Assembly (NCBI GenBank): GCA_965552135.1
Contig: CBEVQY010000022.1
Location: 1-49,056, forward strand
Length of the DNA: 49,056 bases
Source of the DNA: an uncultured bacterium
GTDB taxonomy: Bacteria > UBP14 > UBA6098 > B30-G16
Direction: 5' to 3'
Under the pieces are notes generated by a model. The model saw only the letters and a program-made list of their open reading frames with translations, made no database searches and was not told where the DNA came from. Shown piece after piece: positions 1 to 8,432 of the stretch (the first letter of the stretch is position 1; every line of letters begins with the position of its first letter). A program made the position numbers and the translations under genes.

Positions 1-2
1 TT

Positions 3-53
3 ATCCGCGACGGCGAGGTTATCTGCAACGGCACCGTGACGCTGGTAAGGTGA
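3..53 (+). CDS. 3' end of a truncated gene; C-terminus resembles a T9SS type-B (gliding motility-associated) sorting domain
   Basis: Frame 3 reads IRDGEVICNGTVTLVR-stop; the GxVTLxR ending is typical of type-B CTDs. Confidence 0.55.
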   Translation: MRDGEVICNGTVTLVR

Positions 54-75
54 GCCGATTTCGGGAGGTTATAAT

Positions 76-1287
76 ATGTTGCCGCCTGAGCAACAACTTG
101 AAATAATAAAACAAAACGCCGTCGACGTAGTACCCGAGGACGAGCTTTTGGAAAAACTTCGCCGCTCGTACGAAACCGGTCGTCCGCTGCGGGTGAAGCT
201 TGGCTGCGACCCCTCAGCTCCTGATCTCCACATCGGGCACTCCGTCGTTTTGAGGAAGCTCAGGCAGTTTCAGGAGCTTGGGCATCAGGCTGTCCTCGTG
301 ATCGGGGATTTCACCGCCATGATAGGCGACCCTTCGGGTCGGAAGAAGACAAGACCCGCCCTAACCTTCGAGCAAACGCGCCAAAACGCGCAAACTTATT
401 TCCGTCAAGCGGGTAAAATACTCGATATGGAGCGCCTCGAGATTCGTTATAATTCCGAGTGGCTTAGCAAAATGAATTTTGCCGACGTTATAAAACTCGC
501 ATCTAAATACACGGTTGCACGGATGCTTGAGCGCGACGACTTCGAGATACGATATCGCGAGGGCATCCCTATATTTATACACGAATTTCTATATCCTCTT
601 GCGCAGGCATACGACTCCGTTGCGCTTGAAGCGGACGTTGAGCTTGGCGGCACTGATCAAAAGTTCAACCTGCTTGTGGGGAGGGAGATACAGCAGGAGT
701 ACGGGCAGGAGCCACAGGCTATAGTGACGTTGCCGCTCCTTGAGGGCACCGACGGCGTGCAGAAGATGTCGAAGTCGGTCGGCAACTACATCGCTATCGA
801 GGACCCGCCCGAAGAGATGTTCGGGAAGGTCATGTCGATACCCGACTCGCTTATCGAAAAGTATTTTCGGTTGACTACTGATTTATCTTCTGAAGAGCTC
901 GATGATATATCGCGCCAGCTCTCCGACGGCTCGGTTAACCCGATGGAGCTTAAAAAGCGCCTCGGTTGGGAGCTTGTGCGGATGTACCACGGAGCCGAGG
1001 CTGCCGACAGAGCCAAGGCGTATTTCGAAAAGGTCTTCTCGCGCAGGGAGCTGCCCGATGAGATGCCGGAGTTTGTAGTTGAGAAGCCCATACGGCTTAT
1101 AGATGTCCTTCGGCTGTCCGGGCTTGTGCCCAGCAACAGCGAGGCGCGCAGGCTCATAAGGCAGCGGGCGGTGAAGATAGACGGCAAACCCGTCGAGGGC
1201 GAGGATGTGGTCGTGGATCCCGAGATGTCCGGAGCGGTTGTGAAGGTGGGCAAAAGAAGGTTTCTGCGGATCGTGGCGAAGTCGTGA
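76..1287 (+). CDS. tyrS: Tyrosine--tRNA ligase
   Basis: GCDPSAPDLHIGH (HIGH), GGTDQKFN, KMSKS, C-terminal S4-like domain (VGKRRF); RBS GGGAGG. Confidence 0.98.
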   Translation: MLPPEQQLEIIKQNAVDVVPEDELLEKLRRSYETGRPLRVKLGCDPSAPDLHIGHSVVLRKLRQFQELGHQAVLVIGDFTAMIGDPSGRKKTRPALTFEQTRQNAQTYFRQAGKILDMERLEIRYNSEWLSKMNFADVIKLASKYTVARMLERDDFEIRYREGIPIFIHEFLYPLAQAYDSVALEADVELGGTDQKFNLLVGREIQQEYGQEPQAIVTLPLLEGTDGVQKMSKSVGNYIAIEDPPEEMFGKVMSIPDSLIEKYFRLTTDLSSEELDDISRQLSDGSVNPMELKKRLGWELVRMYHGAEAADRAKAYFEKVFSRRELPDEMPEFVVEKPIRLIDVLRLSGLVPSNSEARRLIRQRAVKIDGKPVEGEDVVVDPEMSGAVVKVGKRRFLRIVAKS

Positions 1288-2027
1288 GCAGAGCGTATGC
1301 TAAAAAGGCGAGGGGGGCATCGATTATAATAATTGCTTTTCTGTGCGGTTGCAGCGCCCGCGTTGCCGTGAAAGGATTTGAGGTAGATGAGGCGGTTTTC
1401 GCTCCCGGAAATTATATATGTTTGCGCGCAGGGGGCGATTTTATAATATGTTCCATTTCCAGCGGCGGCGACGTTGTGCCAATGGACACGATAACGCTCC
1501 GCCCGCCTTCGGGCGCGGTCCTGATCGCCGCCGATTGCGTCAACCGCAGACTGTTCTTCTTCGGGGGAGACTCGGTCTTCGCGTACGACGACGTCACCGG
1601 GCTTTTCCGCACGCTGACTTCAGGGGCGTTTGCGAGGGATGTCGCCTGCGCAAGGCTCTCGAGCGACGGTAGGTTCCTCGCGTTTACGGCTTCGCCCTGG
1701 TCCCTCGGAAGGCTTTCCTTCTGGCGGCTTGTGGTGGTCGATGCCTTTGAGGGCGGGATCGTCCACTTCTGCGATTCCCTTCCCTCGCCCGGGGCTTTTC
1801 GGTGGCTCCGTCCGCGGAGGATAGGCTACGCCGTCTGTCGGGTTTTGCCCTCGGGCGTCGACACCGTCGGCGCGTTCTTCGAGCTTGACAGGCGCGTTGT
1901 GATCCCATCCCGCAACGGCGAGCTCGAGTTCCTCTCCGTCCCGTGCGATCCGCACGTGTCGCCCGATGGAGCCTGGGCAGCAGTCGTTGAGGGTGGCAGG
2001 CTCCGGCTTCTGCGCCGGACGAAGTAG
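1284..2027 (+). CDS. Hypothetical lipoprotein with TolB/PD40-like propeller fragments
   Basis: GTGA overlap with tyrS stop; FLCGC lipobox; LSSDGRFLAF and VSPDGAWAA repeats. Confidence 0.65.
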   Translation: MSRAYAKKARGASIIIIAFLCGCSARVAVKGFEVDEAVFAPGNYICLRAGGDFIICSISSGGDVVPMDTITLRPPSGAVLIAADCVNRRLFFFGGDSVFAYDDVTGLFRTLTSGAFARDVACARLSSDGRFLAFTASPWSLGRLSFWRLVVVDAFEGGIVHFCDSLPSPGAFRWLRPRRIGYAVCRVLPSGVDTVGAFFELDRRVVIPSRNGELEFLSVPCDPHVSPDGAWAAVVEGGRLRLLRRTK

Positions 2028-2041
2028 CCGCCAGGCCGCAC

Positions 2042-3649
2042 CTACCCCCTGTATTCGCCCTCGACCTGGCGAACGACGTCAATTATCGTGCCGTCGCGGT
2101 ATTCTATCAGGGCTATTATTCTGTCCTTCGTTTTTGGCGGTGCGGGCTCCCCGCCGCAAAGCGACATCACCTCATTGTAGATCTCCTCGATGTCGCGTAT
2201 CGGAAGCTTCGAGTTGCGGAAGTGTTTCACAAGGTCTTCGCGTCTGGGGTTTATCGCTATGCCCCTTTCGGTGACGATCGCGTCGACCGTTTCGCCGGGC
2301 GTCGTCACGGTCGTCACCCGCCGCCTTATGACTGGGATCCTCTTCCGGAACGAGGGCACCGTTATGATGCACAGTTTTGCCCCTGCGGCGACGTCGGCGT
2401 GACCGCCTATGCCGTGGAGGAGAAGCCCGTCGCTGTGGGTGTTGACGTTGACGTTGAAGTCGAGGTCGACCTCGGTGGCGCCGAGGAAGCCTATGTCCTG
2501 GCGGTTGACCAGACAGCCTTTGGAGTGGATGTTCGCGTACATCGTCATGGGTGTTTCCTGGTGCCACAGGTCGTCGCGGAACGACTTTATTGCGACGGGG
2601 TCGAAAACCTGCCCGTCGAAGAGCTTCCTCACAAGCCCGCGCTTGAAAAGATCAACGGCGAATTTGGTTATGCCGCCGTTTATGAAGGCGGCTTGGATGC
2701 CGTCCTGCTCCATGTATTCGCCGAGGAACTTCGTCACGGCAAGCGATATGCCCCCTGCGCCTGTCTGGAACGACATGCCGTCGCGGTAGTAGGGCGATTC
2801 CCTTATGAACTGTGCCGCAAGGCGCGCTATGTGGAGGCGGGTTGGTGAGCGTGTTATCCTGAGGGTTCCCGATACGATCCCCGCGGGGTCGCCGATGCGG
2901 TCAACGACAACGACGAAGTCAACGTGGGTCTGCGGTATGGATATCGGCAGGCACGGATACTCGACCAGGTTGTCGGTTACGACGACGACTTTGTCGGCGT
3001 ACATAGCGTCGGCGTGCGAGTACGCCAGCGGTCCGCATGCGGAAGGTCCGTAGACGCCGTTTGCGTTGCCGAAGTCGTCGGCGCAGGGCGCAGCTATAAA
3101 AGCCACGTCGATGTGGAGATCGCCGTCCTCTATGGCCCTCACCCTGCCGCCGTGCGAGCGCAGTATCGCAACCGTCGGAAGACCACCGTACGATACGTAC
3201 TCGCCAACCGGACCGTTCATCGAACCCTGAATGTTTCTCACAACGCCCTTTTTTATGTAGTCGATCACCGGCTTGTGGATCGGGAAGAGGGCGGAGGGGG
3301 CGAGGGTGAGGTCCTTTATCCCGAGCCTGTCGCACGCCTCAAGGACCATATTGACCACGAAGTCGCCGTTGCGAAGGTGATGGTGGAAGGAGATCGTCAT
3401 TCCGCTTTTTAAGCCTGCGCGTTTTATCGCCTCTTCGAGGTTTTTGCAAAGCTTTGTTTCGCCCGTGAGCCACTCGGGGTGTGATTTCGGTATCGGCGGT
3501 GCGTACTTGCGGCGACCAAGCTTCGAGATCGGATCGGCAAACGCCCCCTGGAACGGTATAAGCTTTCGCCCCTCGATCTCCTTCGGGATGAGCCTGCCGA
3601 CGGCGTTCTCCACGTATTCCATAAAAGACCTCCCCGATGGCGGTTCCAT
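2042..3649 (-). CDS. citF: Citrate lyase alpha chain / citrate CoA-transferase
   Basis: GMTISFHHHLRNGD, LRSHGGR, FQTGAGG, VTERGIAINPRR, IEYRDGTIIDVV. Confidence 0.92.
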   Translation of the reverse strand: MEPPSGRSFMEYVENAVGRLIPKEIEGRKLIPFQGAFADPISKLGRRKYAPPIPKSHPEWLTGETKLCKNLEEAIKRAGLKSGMTISFHHHLRNGDFVVNMVLEACDRLGIKDLTLAPSALFPIHKPVIDYIKKGVVRNIQGSMNGPVGEYVSYGGLPTVAILRSHGGRVRAIEDGDLHIDVAFIAAPCADDFGNANGVYGPSACGPLAYSHADAMYADKVVVVTDNLVEYPCLPISIPQTHVDFVVVVDRIGDPAGIVSGTLRITRSPTRLHIARLAAQFIRESPYYRDGMSFQTGAGGISLAVTKFLGEYMEQDGIQAAFINGGITKFAVDLFKRGLVRKLFDGQVFDPVAIKSFRDDLWHQETPMTMYANIHSKGCLVNRQDIGFLGATEVDLDFNVNVNTHSDGLLLHGIGGHADVAAGAKLCIITVPSFRKRIPVIRRRVTTVTTPGETVDAIVTERGIAINPRREDLVKHFRNSKLPIRDIEEIYNEVMSLCGGEPAPPKTKDRIIALIEYRDGTIIDVVRQVEGEYRG

Positions 3650-3689
3650 TCATTTAAAGGGGCTTTGACTTCTTGCCGCAACAGTTTTG

Positions 3690-4616
3690 TCAGGGGTATT
3701 TGACCCCAAGCCTTGCCCTGTTGTAGGTGGCTGCGAACGCTATCGTTGCTGCGACGAGCGCGAAGAATGGGATGAAGTACGCCGCTGCGCACAGCGCCAA
3801 GGCAAGCACGGCGATCTTGTTTGCGCGCAGAACGAGGCGCTCATCAAGCTCCGTCTGAACTGCTGCGCCGACGTAGAACGGCATCGATACGGCGGCTGTC
3901 AGGAATACCGGCGCCTCCTTAAGCACGATCGCCAAAGCCCCCGCGGCAAACACACCCGCGACCGCCAAGAGCATCGTCCTGCGCCAGCCGAACCTTACGG
4001 CGAACGTGAGCTTGCCGAACTTTTCGTCGACCTCTGCATCGGGGACCGTCGTGGCGAGGTACACCGCTCCGTAGGCTATGGCGTATGGCAGCGCCTTTAG
4101 GAGGACCCGCCAGTCCCAGTCGTTTGTGCGGGCGAACAGGAAGCCAACGATGAAGACGAGCGCGCCGTGTCCCAGTGCGTTTGCCAAAAGCGCAGGGACG
4201 GCTTTGTCCTTGAGCCGGAGCGGCGGGAGGGAATACGCCCATCCCAGCGCCAGCGCCGCCACGGTGGCAAAGCCGACCGGAGCTGACCTCCCAAAGCCCA
4301 CGACGACCGCACCGAACGCGGCGGAGGCGCTTATGAACCACGCCATCCAGGTTGAAATAAGGCCGCGCGCCAAGGGGAGGTTTTTCTGGTTCAGTCTGTC
4401 GTTTTCGCGGTCGGCTATTTGGTTGAGCCCGTACACTGCGGCTGCGATGAGGGTTGCGAGGATGACAAGCTCGTTTGCGCCGCGCTCGCCCCCGCCGTAC
4501 CAAAAGCCCAAAAGCGCCGGAGTCCAAACGGGGATGCACAGGAGCGGTCGCAGGAAGGCGATGTGGTCGCAGATGCGCCAAAGGGCGTCCAAAAGCTTTC
4601 GAAAAGCCTCAGACAT
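3690..4616 (-). CDS. UbiA-family prenyltransferase
   Basis: NQIADRENDRLN and PDAEVDEKFGK Asp-rich motifs, YSLPPLRLK, multiple TM helices. Confidence 0.88.
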   Translation of the reverse strand: MSEAFRKLLDALWRICDHIAFLRPLLCIPVWTPALLGFWYGGGERGANELVILATLIAAAVYGLNQIADRENDRLNQKNLPLARGLISTWMAWFISASAAFGAVVVGFGRSAPVGFATVAALALGWAYSLPPLRLKDKAVPALLANALGHGALVFIVGFLFARTNDWDWRVLLKALPYAIAYGAVYLATTVPDAEVDEKFGKLTFAVRFGWRRTMLLAVAGVFAAGALAIVLKEAPVFLTAAVSMPFYVGAAVQTELDERLVLRANKIAVLALALCAAAYFIPFFALVAATIAFAATYNRARLGVKYP

Positions 4617-5709
4617 TCCTCACAAACCTTTTGCCGGGCAGTTGCCTGACCAAGCCCTCCACCTCGAGCGTGAAGAGCGTCGAGAGGGCGTACGCGGTGT
4701 CCATCTTGCACTTTCGGGCGAGCTCGTCGATGTGGATGGGTTCGTTCGAAAGCGCCTCAAAGAGGACTTTGGCGTCCCCTTTGAGCCTTTGCAGCTTCTC
4801 GAACGCGTCGTCCAGCCTTTCGGGCGCGACGGCGGGGATGTCGAGCACCTCGAGCACATCCTGCGCGCATGTGGCGACGTGTGCGCCCTGCTTTATGAGC
4901 GCGTTCGTTCCGGCGCTTTGGGGGGATGTGGGCGATCCCGGCACGGCGAAGACCTCTCTGCCCTGGTCGGCAGCGTGGTTTGCCGTGATGAGCGCTCCGC
5001 TGCGCTCACCAGCCTCAACAACGACGACGCCGAGCGAAAGCCCGCTTATTATCCTGTTGCGCCGCGGGAAGTTGTACGCCTCGGGGGCGGTCTCCGGAGG
5101 GAACTCCGTCACGAGCGCGCCACACTCCATTATCCGCTCGGCAAGCCCCCTGTGCTGCGGCGGGTAGATTATCTCCGGTCCGCTCGCCAGGACGGCTATC
5201 GTTCTGCCGCCGGCATCTATTGCTGCCCTGTGTGCAACGCCGTCTATGCCGACCGCAAGACCGCTTACGACGGTGACGCCGGATCTTGCGAGCCCTTCGC
5301 TTATCTGGCGCGCGATGCGCTCGCCCACATGCGTTGCTCGCCTCGTGCCGACCACGGCGACGGCGCGGTCGTCGCGGGGGAGGAGCCTCCCCCGGACGAA
5401 AAGCACGGGCGGCGCCGCATAGATCGTCCTCAGGCGGCTTGGGTAGCCGGGCTGACCCCAGATCAAAACGTCCACGTCAAGCTCCCTGAGCTTGCCGAGC
5501 AGACGCGGGAGTCTGGGGTTATCGAGGGCGGATTTTACGTCGTTGGCGATTCTGTCGCCGAGGGACTGCGCCAAAAGCTCGCGGTCGGCGGATATCACAC
5601 CCTCCGGCGTGCCGAACTCCGCCAAAAGTCTGCGCAGCCTTACAACGCCAAGCCCATCGATCAAAAGCAGTCCCAGCGCCGCGGCGAGAGTGTCTTCCGA
5701 AACGTTCAC
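4609..5709 (-). CDS. dprA: DNA-processing protein DprA
   Basis: VAVVGTR, VVSGLAVGID, FPRRNRIISGLS, SGALITA, C-terminal winged helix; start reassigned to GTG 5709 using the promoter position. Confidence 0.95.
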   Translation of the reverse strand: MNVSEDTLAAALGLLLIDGLGVVRLRRLLAEFGTPEGVISADRELLAQSLGDRIANDVKSALDNPRLPRLLGKLRELDVDVLIWGQPGYPSRLRTIYAAPPVLFVRGRLLPRDDRAVAVVGTRRATHVGERIARQISEGLARSGVTVVSGLAVGIDGVAHRAAIDAGGRTIAVLASGPEIIYPPQHRGLAERIMECGALVTEFPPETAPEAYNFPRRNRIISGLSLGVVVVEAGERSGALITANHAADQGREVFAVPGSPTSPQSAGTNALIKQGAHVATCAQDVLEVLDIPAVAPERLDDAFEKLQRLKGDAKVLFEALSNEPIHIDELARKCKMDTAYALSTLFTLEVEGLVRQLPGKRFVRNV

Positions 5710-5716
5710 AGTCCAA

Positions 5717-5744
5717 ATTTTAGCCCCGCCGCCGAGGATGTCAA
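5717..5744 (-). promoter_or_regulatory. sigma70-type promoter of dprA (leaderless arrangement)
   Basis: TTGACA-N16-TAAAAT-N7-GTG, no SD. Confidence 0.7.
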
Positions 5745-5786
5745 CAACATCGTGACCGTTGCTGCGGAGCGCAGATGGTTCGAAAT

Positions 5787-5818
5787 CGGTTGCGAAAAAC
5801 TGCAACCGCAATTAAAAT
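5787..5818 (+). promoter_or_regulatory. sigma70-type promoter of comEA with overlapping inverted repeat
   Basis: TTGCGA-N17-TAAAAT-N6-GTG; CGGTTGC-N8-GCAACCG at 5787-5808. Confidence 0.65.
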
Positions 5819-5824
5819 CAAAAC

Positions 5825-6235
5825 GTGGTAAGCGAAAGGCAGTTTCGTTTCGGCGCGGTTTTGGTGGTTTTGCTTTCGGCTTGGGTTCTTTTCGGCTACG
5901 CTTTGAGGGAGGCTTCGGTTTACGAGGCGCCGGCTTTCGGCGTGCATCGACAGTCGCGGTCGGCTGCGCGGAGTAGAGGGGAGGACGCCGGCAAGCTCGC
6001 AAGAAGGCTTAAGCCGAAAAAGATCAACATAAACGATGCTGGGGTGGACGAACTTGTCAAGCTTCCCGGTGTTGGGCGTGCGACGGCGGCGAGGATAATC
6101 GAGTATCGCCGCAAAAACGGACCGTTCAAAAGCGTGGAAGAGCTCGTGAGGGTGAAGGGGATCGGACCCAAGAAGCTTTCTAAGATAAGGGCTTTGGTCA
6201 CTGTTGGGCAAAAAGACGAAAGGGGCACAAGATGA
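5825..6235 (+). CDS. comEA: ComEA-family helix-hairpin-helix DNA receptor
   Basis: N-terminal TM; KININDA..LPGVG..A.RIIEYR..NGPF..VEEL..VKGIG. Confidence 0.92.
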   Translation: MVSERQFRFGAVLVVLLSAWVLFGYALREASVYEAPAFGVHRQSRSAARSRGEDAGKLARRLKPKKININDAGVDELVKLPGVGRATAARIIEYRRKNGPFKSVEELVRVKGIGPKKLSKIRALVTVGQKDERGTR

Positions 6236-6675
6236 GAGAGCGCGTGGGTCTTATGTTGTTGGACGTTTTGATAATCATCCTTGCCGTTGGCGTTGTGGCA
6301 TCGCTTCTTCTGCCCTACATCCGCACCGAGCGCAGTGTGAGGCTGAGGGACGCCTGCCGCAGGAGGATGAAGCTTATATCTGAGGCGGAAATGAGATACT
6401 TCGAGACAGCCGGCGGCAAGATAACCAAAGCCTCTGCCGATACATCCGACACATCCGCGGCGAAGGCACAGGAGCACGTTGCTCGTGTGTTCACTGAGGA
6501 CGTTGAGACGCTCAGGAAGTTTCTCCCCGAGGGTGCGGATACCTTCGATTTCGTATGTCCGCTCGACGGAAGACCTTTTATCATTGTCGCTCGCGACTCG
6601 TTCTTTTACTCGATAAGCTGCCCCAACGGTCACGGTCAGATCATACTGGGTGCGCCCACTTGGGAGAGCAAATGA
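6232..6675 (+). CDS. Type IV pilin/pseudopilin-like protein
   Basis: Class III-like signal MRERVG|LMLLDVLIIILAVGVVASLLLP; ATGA overlap with comEA; CPLDG...CPNGHG. Confidence 0.75.
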   Translation: MRERVGLMLLDVLIIILAVGVVASLLLPYIRTERSVRLRDACRRRMKLISEAEMRYFETAGGKITKASADTSDTSAAKAQEHVARVFTEDVETLRKFLPEGADTFDFVCPLDGRPFIIVARDSFFYSISCPNGHGQIILGAPTWESK

Positions 6676-6684
6676 GGCTTTGTT

Positions 6685-7614
6685 ATGGCAAAGCGCGTTT
6701 TGGGTGTTCACATAGACGATCACAGGGTGTTGTGCGTCGAGGCGCGTTGTGGCGGTGGCGTTGTTGTGGATAGGGTTGCTGCGGCGTCGCTGCCGGAGGG
6801 CGCAGTCGTTGCGGGCGTCGTCGCAAATGCTCACTCCGCCGTCCAAACCCTGTCGGATATACTGGCGAAAATGGAGGTAACCACCGCGCACGCCGCGCTC
6901 AACATACCTCCAAACCTCGTACAGATAAAGCAGATACCCAAGGAGGAGAAGTACCTTTCCGTCGTCGGCGACCAGGTGGAGTGGGAGATATCGCATCACA
7001 TAAACGAGCCCTTGGATGAGTATGAGCTTTCGGCTCACTCCCTTTTGGTTTCGACCGTTCTTGTTGCGGCGCGTCGTCGTGCGCTCGAGACCAGGACGAA
7101 GGTTTTGGAGGAGGCTGGTCTTGTCGTCGTTGCGGTCGACCCGGACCCGATAGCGGTCTTCAACGCTATTGCCGCGGCGTCGGGCGCTAAGCCCAACAAA
7201 AACATCGTCGTCGTCGACGTCGAGGTGCCCTACTCGTCGGTCGTTCTCTTCGCCAAGGGCGATTTTGGCTACGGCGGAGCGTTCTTCACACCCCCAGAGC
7301 TCTTCGGTCTGGGCGAGGGACGCAGAACCTGGCGAGAGTTCCAGGAGGACCTCGCAGCCTTCGTCAGAATGGCGGTTGAGGCATACAGAAAGCTCAACCC
7401 GCTCTTTGTGGCGGAGGGAATTTCCTTCGTAGGGCTTGGGCTTAAGGAGGGCGTTGCGAGCTCTGTAGCCGCGCAGGTGGGGCTTCAGGTTGTGGAGCCT
7501 GTGGAGCTTGTGAGGAAGAGGGTTAAGGTCAAGCCCAAAAAGTTTGGGCTTTCGGCGCAGGAGCTTTTCGTGGCGGTTGGTCTTGCCGCACACGGAGCAG
7601 TCGTCCTAAGCTGA
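6685..7614 (+). CDS. pilM: Type IV pilus assembly protein PilM-like (actin fold)
   Basis: LGVHIDD start, VEWE..HHI..PLDE, VLVAARR, EEAGL..VAVD..PIA.FNA, FVAVGLA. Confidence 0.8.
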   Translation: MAKRVLGVHIDDHRVLCVEARCGGGVVVDRVAAASLPEGAVVAGVVANAHSAVQTLSDILAKMEVTTAHAALNIPPNLVQIKQIPKEEKYLSVVGDQVEWEISHHINEPLDEYELSAHSLLVSTVLVAARRRALETRTKVLEEAGLVVVAVDPDPIAVFNAIAAASGAKPNKNIVVVDVEVPYSSVVLFAKGDFGYGGAFFTPPELFGLGEGRRTWREFQEDLAAFVRMAVEAYRKLNPLFVAEGISFVGLGLKEGVASSVAAQVGLQVVEPVELVRKRVKVKPKKFGLSAQELFVAVGLAAHGAVVLS

Positions 7615-8432
7615 TGGCGAGGATCATCGACATAACGTTGTATCGCTCCGAGGAAGGTCCATCGGCGCCTTTCAGGGCAACGAGTCTGAGGAAGCTTTAT
7701 ACATCTATGCTCATCGTCCTTTTGGTTATCGCTTTGGGGACGGGCGGTTATTTTTACTTCTCCAGCCTTGAGCAGGTTGGCGCGGTTGCGGAGACGCCTC
7801 CTGCCTCAAAGCCCGCAAAGCCGTCAAAGCCGTCTGTTGGGCGCAGACTTGCTCAAAGGCGCGCCGCATGGAGAAAATTCCTCACCAAGGCTTTCCGGCT
7901 CGGTCCGCGGGAGATCGTCGGGATAGGCGATGAGTTTATCGCCCTGTTTTCGTGCTCGTCGGTCGACGAGGCTGTGGCGATTAGGGATTCGCTGCAGGGC
8001 ATTTGCCGCGCCCTGAGGATCGTCGACACGGCGACCGTCTCGGGTGCGTTCGAGTTTGTGTGCAAGGGCAGGGTTGGCGCCGCAGGTGGTGGTCCTCCCC
8101 CCAAGTCGGTGGCTAAGTACATGCGCCCAGCGGTCATGAACGCGATCGATTCCCTCGCGGAGGCGCGCGGGCTTGTGGGCATCGTCCGCGAGCCCGTGGC
8201 GGTGGAGCAGGTCGAGGGCGGACAGCGGTACACGTATCGCCTCAAAGCTGCGGGAAGACCGCAGAACGTCGCCGGGTTTATGGAGGATGCCCTCTCGACC
8301 CAGTACGCGCTTGTGGCGGAGGGCTTTGTCCTCCACAGGCGCGACACCACGGTCTCAGCCGAGGTCTTGTGGGGGATTTATACCTTCTTACCCAAAGCCG
8401 ATACCACAGGGGCTGCATCCGCGGGAAAATGA
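7614..8432 (+). CDS. Bitopic membrane protein, possible PilN/PilO-like
   Basis: TGATG coupling to pilM; single TM followed by ferredoxin-like beta/alpha pattern. Confidence 0.5.
   Translation: MARIIDITLYRSEEGPSAPFRATSLRKLYTSMLIVLLVIALGTGGYFYFSSLEQVGAVAETPPASKPAKPSKPSVGRRLAQRRAAWRKFLTKAFRLGPREIVGIGDEFIALFSCSSVDEAVAIRDSLQGICRALRIVDTATVSGAFEFVCKGRVGAAGGGPPPKSVAKYMRPAVMNAIDSLAEARGLVGIVREPVAVEQVEGGQRYTYRLKAAGRPQNVAGFMEDALSTQYALVAEGFVLHRRDTTVSAEVLWGIYTFLPKADTTGAASAGK

Noticed and set aside
4078..5976. 632-aa plus-strand ORF
   Set aside because: Antisense shadow of ubiA/dprA with no recognisable motifs; expected in GC-rich DNA
5920..7593. 557-aa minus-strand ORF
   Set aside because: Antisense to comEA-pilin-pilM
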